A DNA stretch of 55,134 nucleotides from Tissierellia bacterium (GTDB lineage: Bacteria > Bacillota > Clostridia > Tissierellales > Tepidimicrobiaceae): contig JAAYRM010000200.1 in NCBI GenBank assembly GCA_012518745.1, positions 1 through 55,134 of the forward strand, in the 5' to 3' direction. Under the pieces are notes generated by a model. It did not search any database, had not been told where the DNA came from, and was given only the letters and a program-made list of their open reading frames with translations. The position numbers and the translations under genes were made by a program. This document shows, one piece after another, positions 9,791-19,437 of the stretch (position 1 is the first letter of the stretch; every line of letters begins with the position of its first letter).

Positions 9791-9865
9791 CCGGACCTTA
9801 ACAGGAGGTTATTTATATCTGATCGAATGATGATATATTTGCCCCGATAACGGGAGGTAATAAAT

Positions 9866-11254
9866 ATGATGCGTTCTATGTATGCCGGAGTTTCCGGTCT
9901 AAGGGTACACCAAAACAAGATGGATGTGATAGGAAATAATATAGCAAATGTGAATACCGTAGCTTTTAAGAGGGGACAGATGACATTCCAGGAGGTATTT
10001 AGCGAAACTGTACGAGGTGCAAGTGCCCCTCAAGCTGGCAAGGGGGGTACCAACCCCCAGCAAATAGGATTAGGGGTTGCGGTAGGCTCCACGAATATAA
10101 TCCATACCAAGGGTGCCCTACAAACAACGGGTAATGCTACGGATTTGATGATAGATGGGGAGGGATTTTTCGTAGTTTCAGACGATTCTAGCTTTGAAAA
10201 TAGGTATTATACGAGAGCTGGAGATTTCACCCTAGATAGGGATGGCAATTTGGTAACATCTGAGGGGTATAAGGTATTAGGATACCAGGTAGATGCTGAC
10301 GATAATATAACCTCTGAGATAGGGGCTATAAGAATAAACAAATCGGAGACCAAGGCTCCAACGGCGACCAGCAATATTATGTTTAGAGGAAACTTAAATT
10401 CAGAGGCTATGCCGGAAGATGTTCATATTACGGATACGGTAATCAACGATAGTCTGGGCAACTCGTATACGATTAGTTTCAAATTTACTAAAGTTGCCCC
10501 GGATGATGATGAAGAATCAAGCAGGGTTTGGGAACTGTCGGTAGATAGAATTACCCAACAATCTACTGGTAATTATACAAACGAAACATCCAATATCTTT
10601 GGGGATGGAGTAGATCGAATACGGCTATCATTTGATTCATACGGGAACCTAAATGAAATGGGGTATGGAGACGATGAATTAGATGTGGAATTCGATATCT
10701 CTCTTATGGGATTGAGTGATATCCAGTTTAACTTCGATCGATATGGAGGGGATCTAGGGAACGGCTTTACGGTTCCATCAGGCACGTTAGAGACGATAAA
10801 GCTATTTGATTCGGATGAAAGGGATACATATAGGCATTTAATTCAATATGCCAACGATATGGATGCCAAGCCATATGTAATGGACGGCAATTCATCCGGA
10901 AAGCTAGATGGATATTCCATAGGTCCAGATGGGCTAGTAGAGGGAATATTTACGAATGGCGAGAGGAAGGCATTAGGACAGATAATGTTGGCGAAGTTTG
11001 ACAATGGAATGGGCCTTGAAAAACTAGGAAATAACCTTTATTCCAATACAAGAAACTCGGGAGAACCTCAATTAGGCAAGGCGGGGAGTAGTGGATATGG
11101 CCCTATAGCATCGGGGTCGTTAGAAATGTCGAACGTAGATTTATCAATGGAATTTACGGAAATGATTACCACACAGAGGGGATTCCAGGCTAATTCAAGG
11201 ATTATCACCACCTCTGATGAGATGCTACAAGAACTAGTAAATATCAAGAGATAA
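9866..11254 (+). CDS. flgE: flagellar hook protein FlgE
   Basis: N-terminus MMRSMYAGVSGLRVHQNKMDVIGNNIANVNT and C-terminus TTQRGFQANSRIITTSDEMLQELVNIKR. Confidence 0.93.
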   Translation: MMRSMYAGVSGLRVHQNKMDVIGNNIANVNTVAFKRGQMTFQEVFSETVRGASAPQAGKGGTNPQQIGLGVAVGSTNIIHTKGALQTTGNATDLMIDGEGFFVVSDDSSFENRYYTRAGDFTLDRDGNLVTSEGYKVLGYQVDADDNITSEIGAIRINKSETKAPTATSNIMFRGNLNSEAMPEDVHITDTVINDSLGNSYTISFKFTKVAPDDDEESSRVWELSVDRITQQSTGNYTNETSNIFGDGVDRIRLSFDSYGNLNEMGYGDDELDVEFDISLMGLSDIQFNFDRYGGDLGNGFTVPSGTLETIKLFDSDERDTYRHLIQYANDMDAKPYVMDGNSSGKLDGYSIGPDGLVEGIFTNGERKALGQIMLAKFDNGMGLEKLGNNLYSNTRNSGEPQLGKAGSSGYGPIASGSLEMSNVDLSMEFTEMITTQRGFQANSRIITTSDEMLQELVNIKR

Positions 11255-11259
11255 TGAGG

Positions 11260-11299
11260 GGATGCTATCCTCTAAATGAAGAATCAGAGGATAGCATCC
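11260..11299 (+). promoter_or_regulatory. perfect 14-bp stem-loop just downstream of flgE
   Basis: GGATGCTATCCTCT (11260-11273) pairs perfectly with AGAGGATAGCATCC (11286-11299) around a 12-nt loop. No clean U-tract follows (TATTATAG). Confidence 0.6.
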
Positions 11300-11320
11300 T
11301 ATTATAGAAGGCGGGATACT

Positions 11321-11539
11321 ATGATAAAGGTAAGGCGATTGAATGGTAAGGAATTTGTTGTAAATAGCGAATTGATACTATATATTGAGGAAACGCCGGA
11401 TACCGTTATTACATTGACAACTGGGCAAAAGGTTGTGGTTATAGATACGGTGGATGAAGTAATAGATATGGTTATAGAATTCAAGGCCAAGATTAGTACC
11501 GCCAGATATAAAGATAGGGTAGAAGGAAAAGAGGTGTAG
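11321..11539 (+). CDS. flbD: flagellar protein FlbD
   Basis: MIKVRRLNGKEFVVNSELILYIEETPDTVITLTTGQKVVV is the FlbD signature. The ORF-track start at 11276 lies inside the hairpin, so ATG 11321 is preferred. Confidence 0.8.
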   Translation: MIKVRRLNGKEFVVNSELILYIEETPDTVITLTTGQKVVVIDTVDEVIDMVIEFKAKISTARYKDRVEGKEV

Positions 11540-11542
11540 TGA

Positions 11543-12328
11543 GTGGATATATCAACGGTTGTTGGTCTAGCTTCAGGAATACTAGTTATGATATTAAGCA
11601 TATTTATCTCGGGAGAATTATCCGTATTCTGGGATATTCCATCCGTTATAATTGTACTAGGTGGAACTATGGCCTCAACTCTGACTTGTTTCCCCTTGAG
11701 GGATTTTTTAGACACATCTAAGGTAATTAGGAAGGCATTTTTATACAGGGATGAATCCCCTGATAGGGTTATTGAAGAGATTATAAACTTGGCTAATATC
11801 GCCCGAAAAGAAGGACTTCTTTCATTGGAGGAATATGCAGAAGGTTTAGATGACGTCTTTTTACAAAAAGGAATAATGCTAATAGTCGATGGAACCGATC
11901 CAGAACTTGTAAGGAATATCCTAGATACCGAATTAGTATTTTTAGAGGAGAGGCATGCAGAAGGGCAGAGCATATTTGAAACCATGGGAACTTTTGCTCC
12001 AGCATTCGGTATGATAGGGACTCTGATAGGGCTTATAAACATGCTGAGATATCTAGATGATCCTAGCACCATAGGGCCGAATATGTCCGTTGCGTTGGTT
12101 ACTACATTCTACGGTTCACTATTAGCCAATGTAATTTTTCTTCCCCTAGCTAATAAATTGAAGGTTAGAAGTAGAAGCGAGGTCCTGATCAAGGAACTGA
12201 TGATAGAAGGACTCTTGGCAATACAGGCCGGGGAGAATCCGAGGATAATAGAGGAAAAACTGAAGACCTTCATATCCCCTGAAATGAGAAGGAATTTCAG
12301 AGAACATTTAGAGAGAGAGGGAATCTAG
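11543..12328 (+). CDS. motA: flagellar stator protein MotA
   Basis: MotA/TolQ/ExbB-type protein with an N-terminal TM pair and C-terminal FAPAFGMIGTLIGLINML ... ALVTTFYGSLLAN. GTG start. Confidence 0.9.
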   Translation: MDISTVVGLASGILVMILSIFISGELSVFWDIPSVIIVLGGTMASTLTCFPLRDFLDTSKVIRKAFLYRDESPDRVIEEIINLANIARKEGLLSLEEYAEGLDDVFLQKGIMLIVDGTDPELVRNILDTELVFLEERHAEGQSIFETMGTFAPAFGMIGTLIGLINMLRYLDDPSTIGPNMSVALVTTFYGSLLANVIFLPLANKLKVRSRSEVLIKELMIEGLLAIQAGENPRIIEEKLKTFISPEMRRNFREHLEREGI

Positions 12329-13051
12329 ATGAGACGGAGGAGGAGAAGGGATGTTGATCATGATTCCGGTGCTTGGCTTATAACCTATAGCGATTTGGTT
12401 ACCCTTTTATTATGTTTCTTTATACTTTTATTTTCCTTTTCCGAAATCGATGCACAGAAATTTAGAAGCATAATGAGTAGCTTTCAGGGAGCCGTGGGAG
12501 TTTTAGAAAGCGGCAAAACATTGGAGCAAGATGATGACCTAGAGCTAGAGAGCGAATCGCTAGAGGAAGATTTGGAAAGACTCAAGGAATTATTGGAAGA
12601 ATATGTTGATAGCATTGGGCTTAGCGATGAAATTCTATTAACCGTGGAGGAACGAGGCCTAGTAATACGGCTCATGGATAAGGTTCTATTTGATTCCGGT
12701 AAGGCCGATTTAAGGCCAGATTCTATGGAAATATTGGATGCTATATCTGATATCCTGGATATGGATGAATTCAGGGAAAGATTGATAAAAATTGAGGGTC
12801 ATACTGATACCGATCCCATAATATATGCTGAGGAATTTCCCACCAATTGGGAACTGTCATCGATAAGATCTAGCAATGTATTGAGGTACCTAGTGGAGGA
12901 GCAGGGAATTCAAGGACATAGGATCTCGTTAGCAGGATATAGCTATTATCGACCTATTGCGCCGAATGATACACTGGAGAACAAGGCTAAGAATAGAAGG
13001 GTGGATATAGTGATATTAGGGGCAACCTACGAGGATATGGAACCAAAGTAA
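12329..13051 (+). CDS. motB: flagellar stator protein MotB (OmpA-like C-terminus)
   Basis: TM with the conserved Asp (WLITYSDLVTLLLCFFILLF). The C-terminal OmpA-like domain includes NWELSSIRSSNV and NRRVDIVI. Confidence 0.9.
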   Translation: MRRRRRRDVDHDSGAWLITYSDLVTLLLCFFILLFSFSEIDAQKFRSIMSSFQGAVGVLESGKTLEQDDDLELESESLEEDLERLKELLEEYVDSIGLSDEILLTVEERGLVIRLMDKVLFDSGKADLRPDSMEILDAISDILDMDEFRERLIKIEGHTDTDPIIYAEEFPTNWELSSIRSSNVLRYLVEEQGIQGHRISLAGYSYYRPIAPNDTLENKAKNRRVDIVILGATYEDMEPK

Positions 13052-13071
13052 AGAAATGGAGTGAGAGCAAG

Positions 13072-13491
13072 GTGAATAAGAGGGTATTATTCAGAATTTT
13101 ATTGGTGTTGCTAATCATTATAGCAGCTATAGGAATTATAATTGGATTGATATTCTATAGGAATAGCCCCGGTAGATTAAATAGAAAAAAATCGGAAACT
13201 CATAATCTTACATTGCAGGATATGTATTGCAATATAAAGGACAGTAAGAGGATTGCTAAGATTAGAATAACCATTGAAACTAAGGAGAAGAAAAGCTTAG
13301 AATTGATGAAGAATAAGCAATTTCTAATAAGGGACGATATAAATAAAATTATAAGGAATAAAACAGAAAAGGAATTGCAGGGAAGAGAGGGGCATGTAGT
13401 GTTACAGGCGGAGATAAAGGAAAGCCTAGATAAGCTGTTCAGTGGAGGAAATATTACAAATATATATTTTGATGACCTAATTATACAGTAA
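13072..13491 (+). CDS. fliL: flagellar basal body-associated protein FliL
   Basis: 139 aa with a single N-terminal TM. It sits between motB and fliM and has the FliL-like ending NIYFDDLIIQ. GTG start. Confidence 0.7.
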   Translation: MNKRVLFRILLVLLIIIAAIGIIIGLIFYRNSPGRLNRKKSETHNLTLQDMYCNIKDSKRIAKIRITIETKEKKSLELMKNKQFLIRDDINKIIRNKTEKELQGREGHVVLQAEIKESLDKLFSGGNITNIYFDDLIIQ

Positions 13492-13506
13492 TGGGGGTGT
13501 GAATAG

Positions 13507-14502
13507 TTGGCCGAAGTGTTGTCACAAAATGAAATTGATTCCCTACTTAAAGCACTGAGTTCTGGTGAAGTAGACGTTCAGGAGATAAAAGAGGTTGAGG
13601 ATGCCAAAAAAGTCAAGGTGTATGATTTCAAAAATCCACAAAAAATCGCTAAGGATCAGCTGAGGACCTTAGAGATAATACATGAAAACGTGGCAAGGCT
13701 ATTTCAGACGTTTTTATCAGGCTATCTAAGAGCACCAGTTACAATATCCATCTTGACTGTAGATCAATTCGCTTATAGTGAATTTAGTAATGCAATTTCC
13801 AATCCAGCCTTTTTAAATATAATTGATTTTCAACCCTTAAACGGTCAAATCCTCATGGATATATCCACGAATACAGTATATTCAATCATAGATAGACTTC
13901 TTGGAGGGGATGGTATTGAGGATCAGGACGTGGGAACCTTCACAGAAATAGAATTATCCCTGGTGAAGGGTATGATGGAGAGGGTAATGCCTATTATGCG
14001 GGAGGCTTGGGCTAATGTAATTGATTTAGATCCCCACCTAGATAAAATCGAAACTAATCCACAGTTTGCACAGATAGTGCCCCCAAATGAGACTATAGCC
14101 CTGATTACGATGAGTATAGAGATTGGGTCTACCGAGGGGATGCTGAATATCTGCATACCGCATCTGGTAATCGAATCGATATTGGATAGGCTGAGTACAA
14201 AGTATTGGTTTTCAACTGAACAAAGTGAACTATCGAACGATGAATTGCTAGCTATTAAGAATAGGATGCTGAATACATCGGTACCCGTCAGGGTAGAACT
14301 GGGATCTACTACCCTAAAGATCAATGATGTTCTGAGCCTGCAAAGGGGTGATGTTATCAAACTCGATGTGAATACCGATGGTGATGCTAGGATGAAAGTG
14401 GGCTCTCATGTGAAATTTTTTGGTAGCATTGGAACTATGAGAAACAAGATGGCAATTAAAATAAAAAGAGTTGCAAAGGGCGGTGATGAACAATATGGAT
14501 AA
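13507..14502 (+). CDS. fliM: flagellar motor switch protein FliM
   Basis: N-terminal CheY-P binding peptide EVLSQNEIDSLL, a CheC-like middle domain and a SpoA-like C-terminus. TTG start after GGGGGTG. Confidence 0.93.
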   Translation: MAEVLSQNEIDSLLKALSSGEVDVQEIKEVEDAKKVKVYDFKNPQKIAKDQLRTLEIIHENVARLFQTFLSGYLRAPVTISILTVDQFAYSEFSNAISNPAFLNIIDFQPLNGQILMDISTNTVYSIIDRLLGGDGIEDQDVGTFTEIELSLVKGMMERVMPIMREAWANVIDLDPHLDKIETNPQFAQIVPPNETIALITMSIEIGSTEGMLNICIPHLVIESILDRLSTKYWFSTEQSELSNDELLAIKNRMLNTSVPVRVELGSTTLKINDVLSLQRGDVIKLDVNTDGDARMKVGSHVKFFGSIGTMRNKMAIKIKRVAKGGDEQYG

Positions 14503-15598
14503 CGATATGCTTTCTCAAGAGGAGATTGACCTCCTATTACAAGGTTCTGAGGATACAGATGATCATTACGATTCAAACGATATAATTACCGATATGGAAA
14601 AGGATACCCTAGGGGAAATAGGGAATATAAGCATGGGGACCGCAGCAACAACTTTATCTACCTTATTGAATAAAAAGGTTACTATAACAACCCCGCAGGT
14701 GACGATAACGGATTCCGATAAGCTGTCCTATGAATATCCCATTCCATTCGTTGCCGTCGATGTTAGATATAGATCTGGATTAAGGGGTTCAAATATATTG
14801 ATAGTCAACATCGATGATGTGAAAATCATAGCTGATATCATGATGGGCAAGGATGAACCGGATACGGATAGGGACCTTACGGATATGGACTTAAGTGCCA
14901 TATCGGAGGTAATGAATCAAATGATGGGTTCAGCATCGACATCCCTGTCAGAGATCTTTATGAAAAAAATAGAGATTGAGCCTCCCGAGGCACTGAAAAT
15001 AACCTTAAGTGAGGGTAGGAAGATCATGGATGTTTTAATGGGGAATGATCCCATAATTAAAATCTCCTTTAGAATGGTAGTTGAGGACTTAATCGATAGT
15101 CAATTAATGCAATTAATCCCCCTGAGTTTCGCTCGGGATATGGTGGAGAGTCTGCATGAAAAGCCTATTGAATCAGAGGATGAGGTGAACAATCTACCCC
15201 TAGACGGCGATAACAACTATATGCATATGGATGATGTTCAAGGGGATAGCGTATCTGGAAACAATTCCGCCATTGCTGAGGACCGAGTGCATGAAGGGGA
15301 ACATGTAATCGTTAAGAATCCAGAGTTTGAGACTTTTGACATTGCTGAAGTTGCTAGTTTTAATGAACCCATAGATTTGGTTGGGGAAATTCCGATAGAG
15401 CTTACCGTTGAATTGGGAAGAACCACCAAGAGGATTGAGGAAATACTATCTTATGGTCCGGGGACTATCGTGGAATTGGACAAGTTATTAGGGGAACCAT
15501 TAAATGTCTACGCAAATGGTAAATATATTGCCAAGGGTGAAGTTGTGGTAATCGATGATAATTTTGGGATAAGAATTACGGATATTGATCAACCTTAG
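14495..15598 (+). CDS. fliY: flagellar motor switch phosphatase FliY (CheC-like domain plus FliN C-terminus)
   Basis: N-terminal LSQEEIDLLLQG, CheC-type motifs DTLGEIGNISMGTAAT and AISEVMNQMMGSAST, and a FliN-like C-terminus (VELGRTTKRIEEIL ... VVIDDNFGIRITDI). The start is ambiguous (14471, 14486 or 14495). Confidence 0.88.
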   Translation: MDNDMLSQEEIDLLLQGSEDTDDHYDSNDIITDMEKDTLGEIGNISMGTAATTLSTLLNKKVTITTPQVTITDSDKLSYEYPIPFVAVDVRYRSGLRGSNILIVNIDDVKIIADIMMGKDEPDTDRDLTDMDLSAISEVMNQMMGSASTSLSEIFMKKIEIEPPEALKITLSEGRKIMDVLMGNDPIIKISFRMVVEDLIDSQLMQLIPLSFARDMVESLHEKPIESEDEVNNLPLDGDNNYMHMDDVQGDSVSGNNSAIAEDRVHEGEHVIVKNPEFETFDIAEVASFNEPIDLVGEIPIELTVELGRTTKRIEEILSYGPGTIVELDKLLGEPLNVYANGKYIAKGEVVVIDDNFGIRITDIDQP

Positions 15599-15635
15599 AG
15601 GAATGATTGGTGATAAGTGATAAGGGGGAATGGAT

Positions 15636-15998
15636 ATGGAAAAAGGTATATTGATAGTAGATGATGCTTCGTTTATGAGGATGATGATAAAAGATATACT
15701 GACAAAGAATGGGTTTCAGGTAGTGGGAGAGGCAGAAAATGGGATAAAGGCGATTGAAAAATTCAAGGAATTGAAGCCGGAGCTGGTAATAATGGATATT
15801 ACGATGCCGGAAATGGATGGAATTCAGGCAGTAAAGGAAATACAGCGAATAGATCCCAATTCTAAGATAGTAATGTGCTCGGCTATGGGACAGCAAGCTA
15901 TGGTTATAGAGGCTATTCAGGCCGGGGCTAAGGACTTCATAGTGAAACCATTTCAACCCGAAAGGGTAATAGAGGCCATAAAGAAGGTTTTAAGTTGA
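15636..15998 (+). CDS. cheY: chemotaxis response regulator CheY
   Basis: Single REC domain with ILIVDDASFMR, VIMDITMPEMDG and FIVKPF. An AAGGGGG RBS lies 7 nt before ATG 15636. Confidence 0.9.
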   Translation: MEKGILIVDDASFMRMMIKDILTKNGFQVVGEAENGIKAIEKFKELKPELVIMDITMPEMDGIQAVKEIQRIDPNSKIVMCSAMGQQAMVIEAIQAGAKDFIVKPFQPERVIEAIKKVLS

Positions 15999-16516
15999 AT
16001 AAGGGAATTAGGAACAAAATATCTTTTTTTATTATTTTTATATATATTTTCACAGGCAATACCTGTTATGCTACAGGCGAAATGGACCTAAGCCCAGGAA
16101 AAGCAGCTATGAGAATGATATTGAACATATTTGTATTCATTTTTATAATTATACTTGCAATATATGGGACAAGGTTTATAGGGAAAAGGACCAGTGGTTT
16201 TATCAATAGTAAACATATGGAGATTATCGACATCATAAAGCTGGATTCTAATACCAAAGTGGCGATAATATGTATTAATCGGATGATATATATAATGGCT
16301 ATTGCGGGCAGTACCGTTAAGCTACTTGATAGATTTTCCGAAGACGAATTTGTATCGAGCCATGGTCAATCATCTAACTACAAACCTCGTGAGCATGAGG
16401 GCACTCATCTAGATGATGAACATATTGGCAGCTTTCAAGATAGAATATATAAACTCTTAAACAGGTTTAATAAATTGACGGATGGGGAAGAGAATAACAA
16501 TGAAGAGATGGATTAG
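15995..16516 (+). CDS. fliO: flagellar biosynthesis protein FliO/FliZ
   Basis: Signal-like N-terminus plus a TM ([24 protein letters not shown]). It occupies the cheY-fliP slot held by fliZ in B. subtilis. Confidence 0.6.
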   Translation: MNKGIRNKISFFIIFIYIFTGNTCYATGEMDLSPGKAAMRMILNIFVFIFIIILAIYGTRFIGKRTSGFINSKHMEIIDIIKLDSNTKVAIICINRMIYIMAIAGSTVKLLDRFSEDEFVSSHGQSSNYKPREHEGTHLDDEHIGSFQDRIYKLLNRFNKLTDGEENNNEEMD

Positions 16517-17258
16517 ATTCCTGATAATATCGATAATTATAATCATATTGATGGGAGGGCGTGCATATGCACAGCCCGAGAGGTCTATATTTGATCAGAA
16601 TCCGATATTGGGTGATAGTCCGGTATCACAGAATTATGGATTCTCCCTACAACTCTTGTTTGCCTTGACTGCATTAACCTTGGCACCATCTATATTGATA
16701 ATGATGACTAGCTTTACTCGAATAATAATAGTCCTGTCCTTTATAAGAAATGCTCTTGGGCTTCAACAGACGCCTCCAAATCAGGTAATTATAGGGTTAG
16801 CCCTACTTTTAACTCTATTTATCATGGCACCAATAGGAGCCCAGGTGAATGATGGAGCGATACAGCCCTATTTAAAGGGGGAGATAGATCAAGAAACTGC
16901 CTTGCATAGAGGCATGGAACCGATTAGAGAATTCATGTTTAGACAGACCAGGGATAAGGATTTGAGTCTATTTCTGAGCATTAAAAAACTAGACAATATT
17001 AATGGCTTAGATGACATACCTAGCCATGTTCTAATTCCCGCGTTTGCCATCAGTGAACTTAAAACAGCATTTCAGATAGGGTTTGTAATCTATATTCCAT
17101 TCTTAATAATTGATATGGTTGTAGCTAGTACATTGATGTCGATGGGCATGATGATGCTACCACCGGTTATCATATCCTTACCCTTCAAAATACTATTATT
17201 CGTATTGGTAGATGGGTGGAACCTAATAATAAGATCGGTGGTACTAAGTTTTAAATAA
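16500..17258 (+). CDS. fliP: flagellar export apparatus protein FliP
   Basis: Signature [41 protein letters not shown] and [39 protein letters not shown]. Confidence 0.93.
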   Translation: MKRWIRFLIISIIIIILMGGRAYAQPERSIFDQNPILGDSPVSQNYGFSLQLLFALTALTLAPSILIMMTSFTRIIIVLSFIRNALGLQQTPPNQVIIGLALLLTLFIMAPIGAQVNDGAIQPYLKGEIDQETALHRGMEPIREFMFRQTRDKDLSLFLSIKKLDNINGLDDIPSHVLIPAFAISELKTAFQIGFVIYIPFLIIDMVVASTLMSMGMMMLPPVIISLPFKILLFVLVDGWNLIIRSVVLSFK

Positions 17259-17270
17259 GGAGGGATAGTG

Positions 17271-17540
17271 ATGGAACATGGAGATGTTCTGAAATTAGCC
17301 CAGGAAGCCACGAGAACTATATTGATGATGGCAGCACCAATGCTCATATTCAGTTTAATTGTGGGTTTAACGGTTAGTATTATCCAAGCCGTCACCCAGA
17401 TACAGGAGGCTACGCTAGCCTTTATACCAAAGATAATTGCTGTTTTTCTATCTATAATCATATTTGGATCATGGATTTTAAAAGTGATAACTCAATTTAC
17501 AACAGAGCTACTTAACAATATCAATCTATATATTCAGTAA
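17271..17540 (+). CDS. fliQ: flagellar export apparatus protein FliQ
   Basis: About 89 aa with two TMs. It contains LMMAAPMLIFSLIVGLTVSIIQAVTQIQEATLAFIPK. An AAGGAGGG RBS lies 6 nt upstream. Confidence 0.9.
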   Translation: MEHGDVLKLAQEATRTILMMAAPMLIFSLIVGLTVSIIQAVTQIQEATLAFIPKIIAVFLSIIIFGSWILKVITQFTTELLNNINLYIQ

Positions 17541-17553
17541 TCGGGGGCGTATT

Positions 17554-18333
17554 ATGAATGGAGTTATAGAAATAATGCTTAAAAATTATGAAATATTTTT
17601 ATTGGTCCTAATTAGGACATCGGGCATTTTTTTCATTTCACCATTTTTCAGTTCCCAGAATGTACCGAATACTATAAAAATAGGATTTTCCATGATGATA
17701 TCGCTCCTATTAGCCGTGGTTTTGGATACAGATGCTAATTTTACAAATACAGGTTTTATGTTATTGGTATTTAAGGAATTGATGGTGGGTGTGATAATAG
17801 GGTTTATTGGCTATGTTTTTTCCGCCACATTTTATATAATGGGGCAGATAATAGACATGAAGATCGGATTCGGTATGGTTAATGTAATGGATCCTCAACA
17901 TAGGATACAGGTACCTATAATGGGGAATTTTTATTATATATTAGCATTTTTAATCCTATTATCTATTAACGGGCATCATAGCATTATAAATGCGTTGGTA
18001 GATAGCTATGAATTCATCCCAATTGGTGAGTTCATTTTTAACAGGGATATTATGGATGTATTGGTCAATTTATTATCTGAAACTTTTATCATCGGCTTTA
18101 GGCTGAGCATACCTGTGGTGGCTATCATATTTCTCACTGATTTATTATTGGGCATGTTGGCTAGGGCCATCCCCCAAATGAATGTGTTTATGGTAGGAAT
18201 GCCTCTGAAAATATTGATAGGCTTTGTGATCATCGGTATATCAATACCCCTATTCTATTCCATAGTAGTCGGTATGCATAATAGTATGGTTGAGAAAATC
18301 TATATCTTTCTAAAATTACATATCAAAGGTTGA
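17554..18333 (+). CDS. fliR: flagellar export apparatus protein FliR
   Basis: A 259-aa polytopic membrane protein in the fliQ-flhB slot. Confidence 0.88.
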   Translation: MNGVIEIMLKNYEIFLLVLIRTSGIFFISPFFSSQNVPNTIKIGFSMMISLLLAVVLDTDANFTNTGFMLLVFKELMVGVIIGFIGYVFSATFYIMGQIIDMKIGFGMVNVMDPQHRIQVPIMGNFYYILAFLILLSINGHHSIINALVDSYEFIPIGEFIFNRDIMDVLVNLLSETFIIGFRLSIPVVAIIFLTDLLLGMLARAIPQMNVFMVGMPLKILIGFVIIGISIPLFYSIVVGMHNSMVEKIYIFLKLHIKG

Positions 18334-18337
18334 TTAT

Positions 18338-19426
18338 ATGGAACTAGATATTGATCTACAATTATTTGCTGATTCGGAAAAGACAGAAGATCCAACCCCT
18401 AAAAAAAGAAAAGAGGCAAGGGAGGAAGGACAGGTTCTGCAGAGTAGGGAAATCACAGGAGTATTCATACTATTGGCGATATTCCTGGGTTTTAAACTAC
18501 TTGGTAGATATATAATAGATAATTTAATTGGATTCACATCCAATATATATAGCATGATAGACGATGTAGATAGGATTTTTCATGAGGACAACCTGATGTA
18601 CGAATTGAGTAAGACCATTGGTTCATTATTTATTATAATGATACCCATATTAGCGATATCGTTTTTAGCTGCCCTTATTATAAATTATCTACAGGTGGGT
18701 TTTCTATTTACGACTAAGACCTTAGAGATAAAACTTAATAGAATAAATCCGATAGAGGGCTTTAAAAGATGGTTTTCTAAAAGAGCATTAGTGGAATTAT
18801 TGAAATCTATATTTAGAATCGTGTTGACGGGCTATGTGGGATATAAATTCATTAAAACCAATATTACGAAGATCATTAATTTAACCGGCCTGGAACCGAG
18901 GTTGATTCTGAAAAATCTTTCAAGTTTAATATTTGACTTTTCTATTAGGATTATAGGGGTATTCGCCATATTATCGGTTTTAGATTATATCTTTCAATGG
19001 CTAGAATATGAAAAGGAACTCAGGATGACAAAACACGAGGTAAGGGAAGAGTATAAACAAACAGAAGGGGATCCATTGATAAAATCCAAGATAAGGGAAA
19101 GCCAGAGGCGAATAGCCATGTCAAGAATGATGCATGACGTACGCAAAGCAGATGTGATCATAACGAACCCCACTAGCATAGCAATTGCTATAAGATATGA
19201 TAAGGATCTATATCAGGCACCTTATGTGCTAGCCAAGGGGCTTGGTCTCATTGCTCAGAATATCAAAAAAGCCGGCGAACAGAATTCAATTCTATTAGTA
19301 GAGAATAGAGTCCTAGCTAGGGCCCTATATGATACGGTGGAGATAGGGGATTTAATACCGGAAAACTTATATGAGGCGGTGGCCGAGGTATTGGCTTATG
19401 TATATAGCTTAAGGGATGATTTTTAG
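18338..19426 (+). CDS. flhB: flagellar export switch protein FlhB
   Basis: N-terminus DSEKTEDPTPKKRKEAREEGQV, four TMs, and a C-terminal domain with KMTKHEVREEYKQTEGDP. The autocleavage region reads NPTS rather than NPTH. Confidence 0.92.
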   Translation: MELDIDLQLFADSEKTEDPTPKKRKEAREEGQVLQSREITGVFILLAIFLGFKLLGRYIIDNLIGFTSNIYSMIDDVDRIFHEDNLMYELSKTIGSLFIIMIPILAISFLAALIINYLQVGFLFTTKTLEIKLNRINPIEGFKRWFSKRALVELLKSIFRIVLTGYVGYKFIKTNITKIINLTGLEPRLILKNLSSLIFDFSIRIIGVFAILSVLDYIFQWLEYEKELRMTKHEVREEYKQTEGDPLIKSKIRESQRRIAMSRMMHDVRKADVIITNPTSIAIAIRYDKDLYQAPYVLAKGLGLIAQNIKKAGEQNSILLVENRVLARALYDTVEIGDLIPENLYEAVAEVLAYVYSLRDDF

Positions 19427-19437
19427 GGGGAAGGATA

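Noticed and set aside
11539-11721. Alternative-frame + strand ORFs overlapping motA (11539-11721) and the ymxH-like gene (53672-53854).
   Set aside because: They are out of frame with well-supported genes and have no motifs. The overlapping frames carry the recognisable MotA and YmxH sequences.
11302-12072. A 256-aa ORF on the minus strand, antisense to flbD/motA. Many other minus-strand ORFs of 60-170 aa behave the same way (for example 4732-5232, 19956-20465, 29988-30470, 37508-37993, 9472-9918).
   Set aside because: All of them lie entirely inside confidently identified + strand genes. Their composition is low-complexity and Ser/Ile/Leu/Pro-rich. They have no recognisable motifs and no convincing RBS. 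They are typical shadow ORFs opposite purine-rich coding strands.
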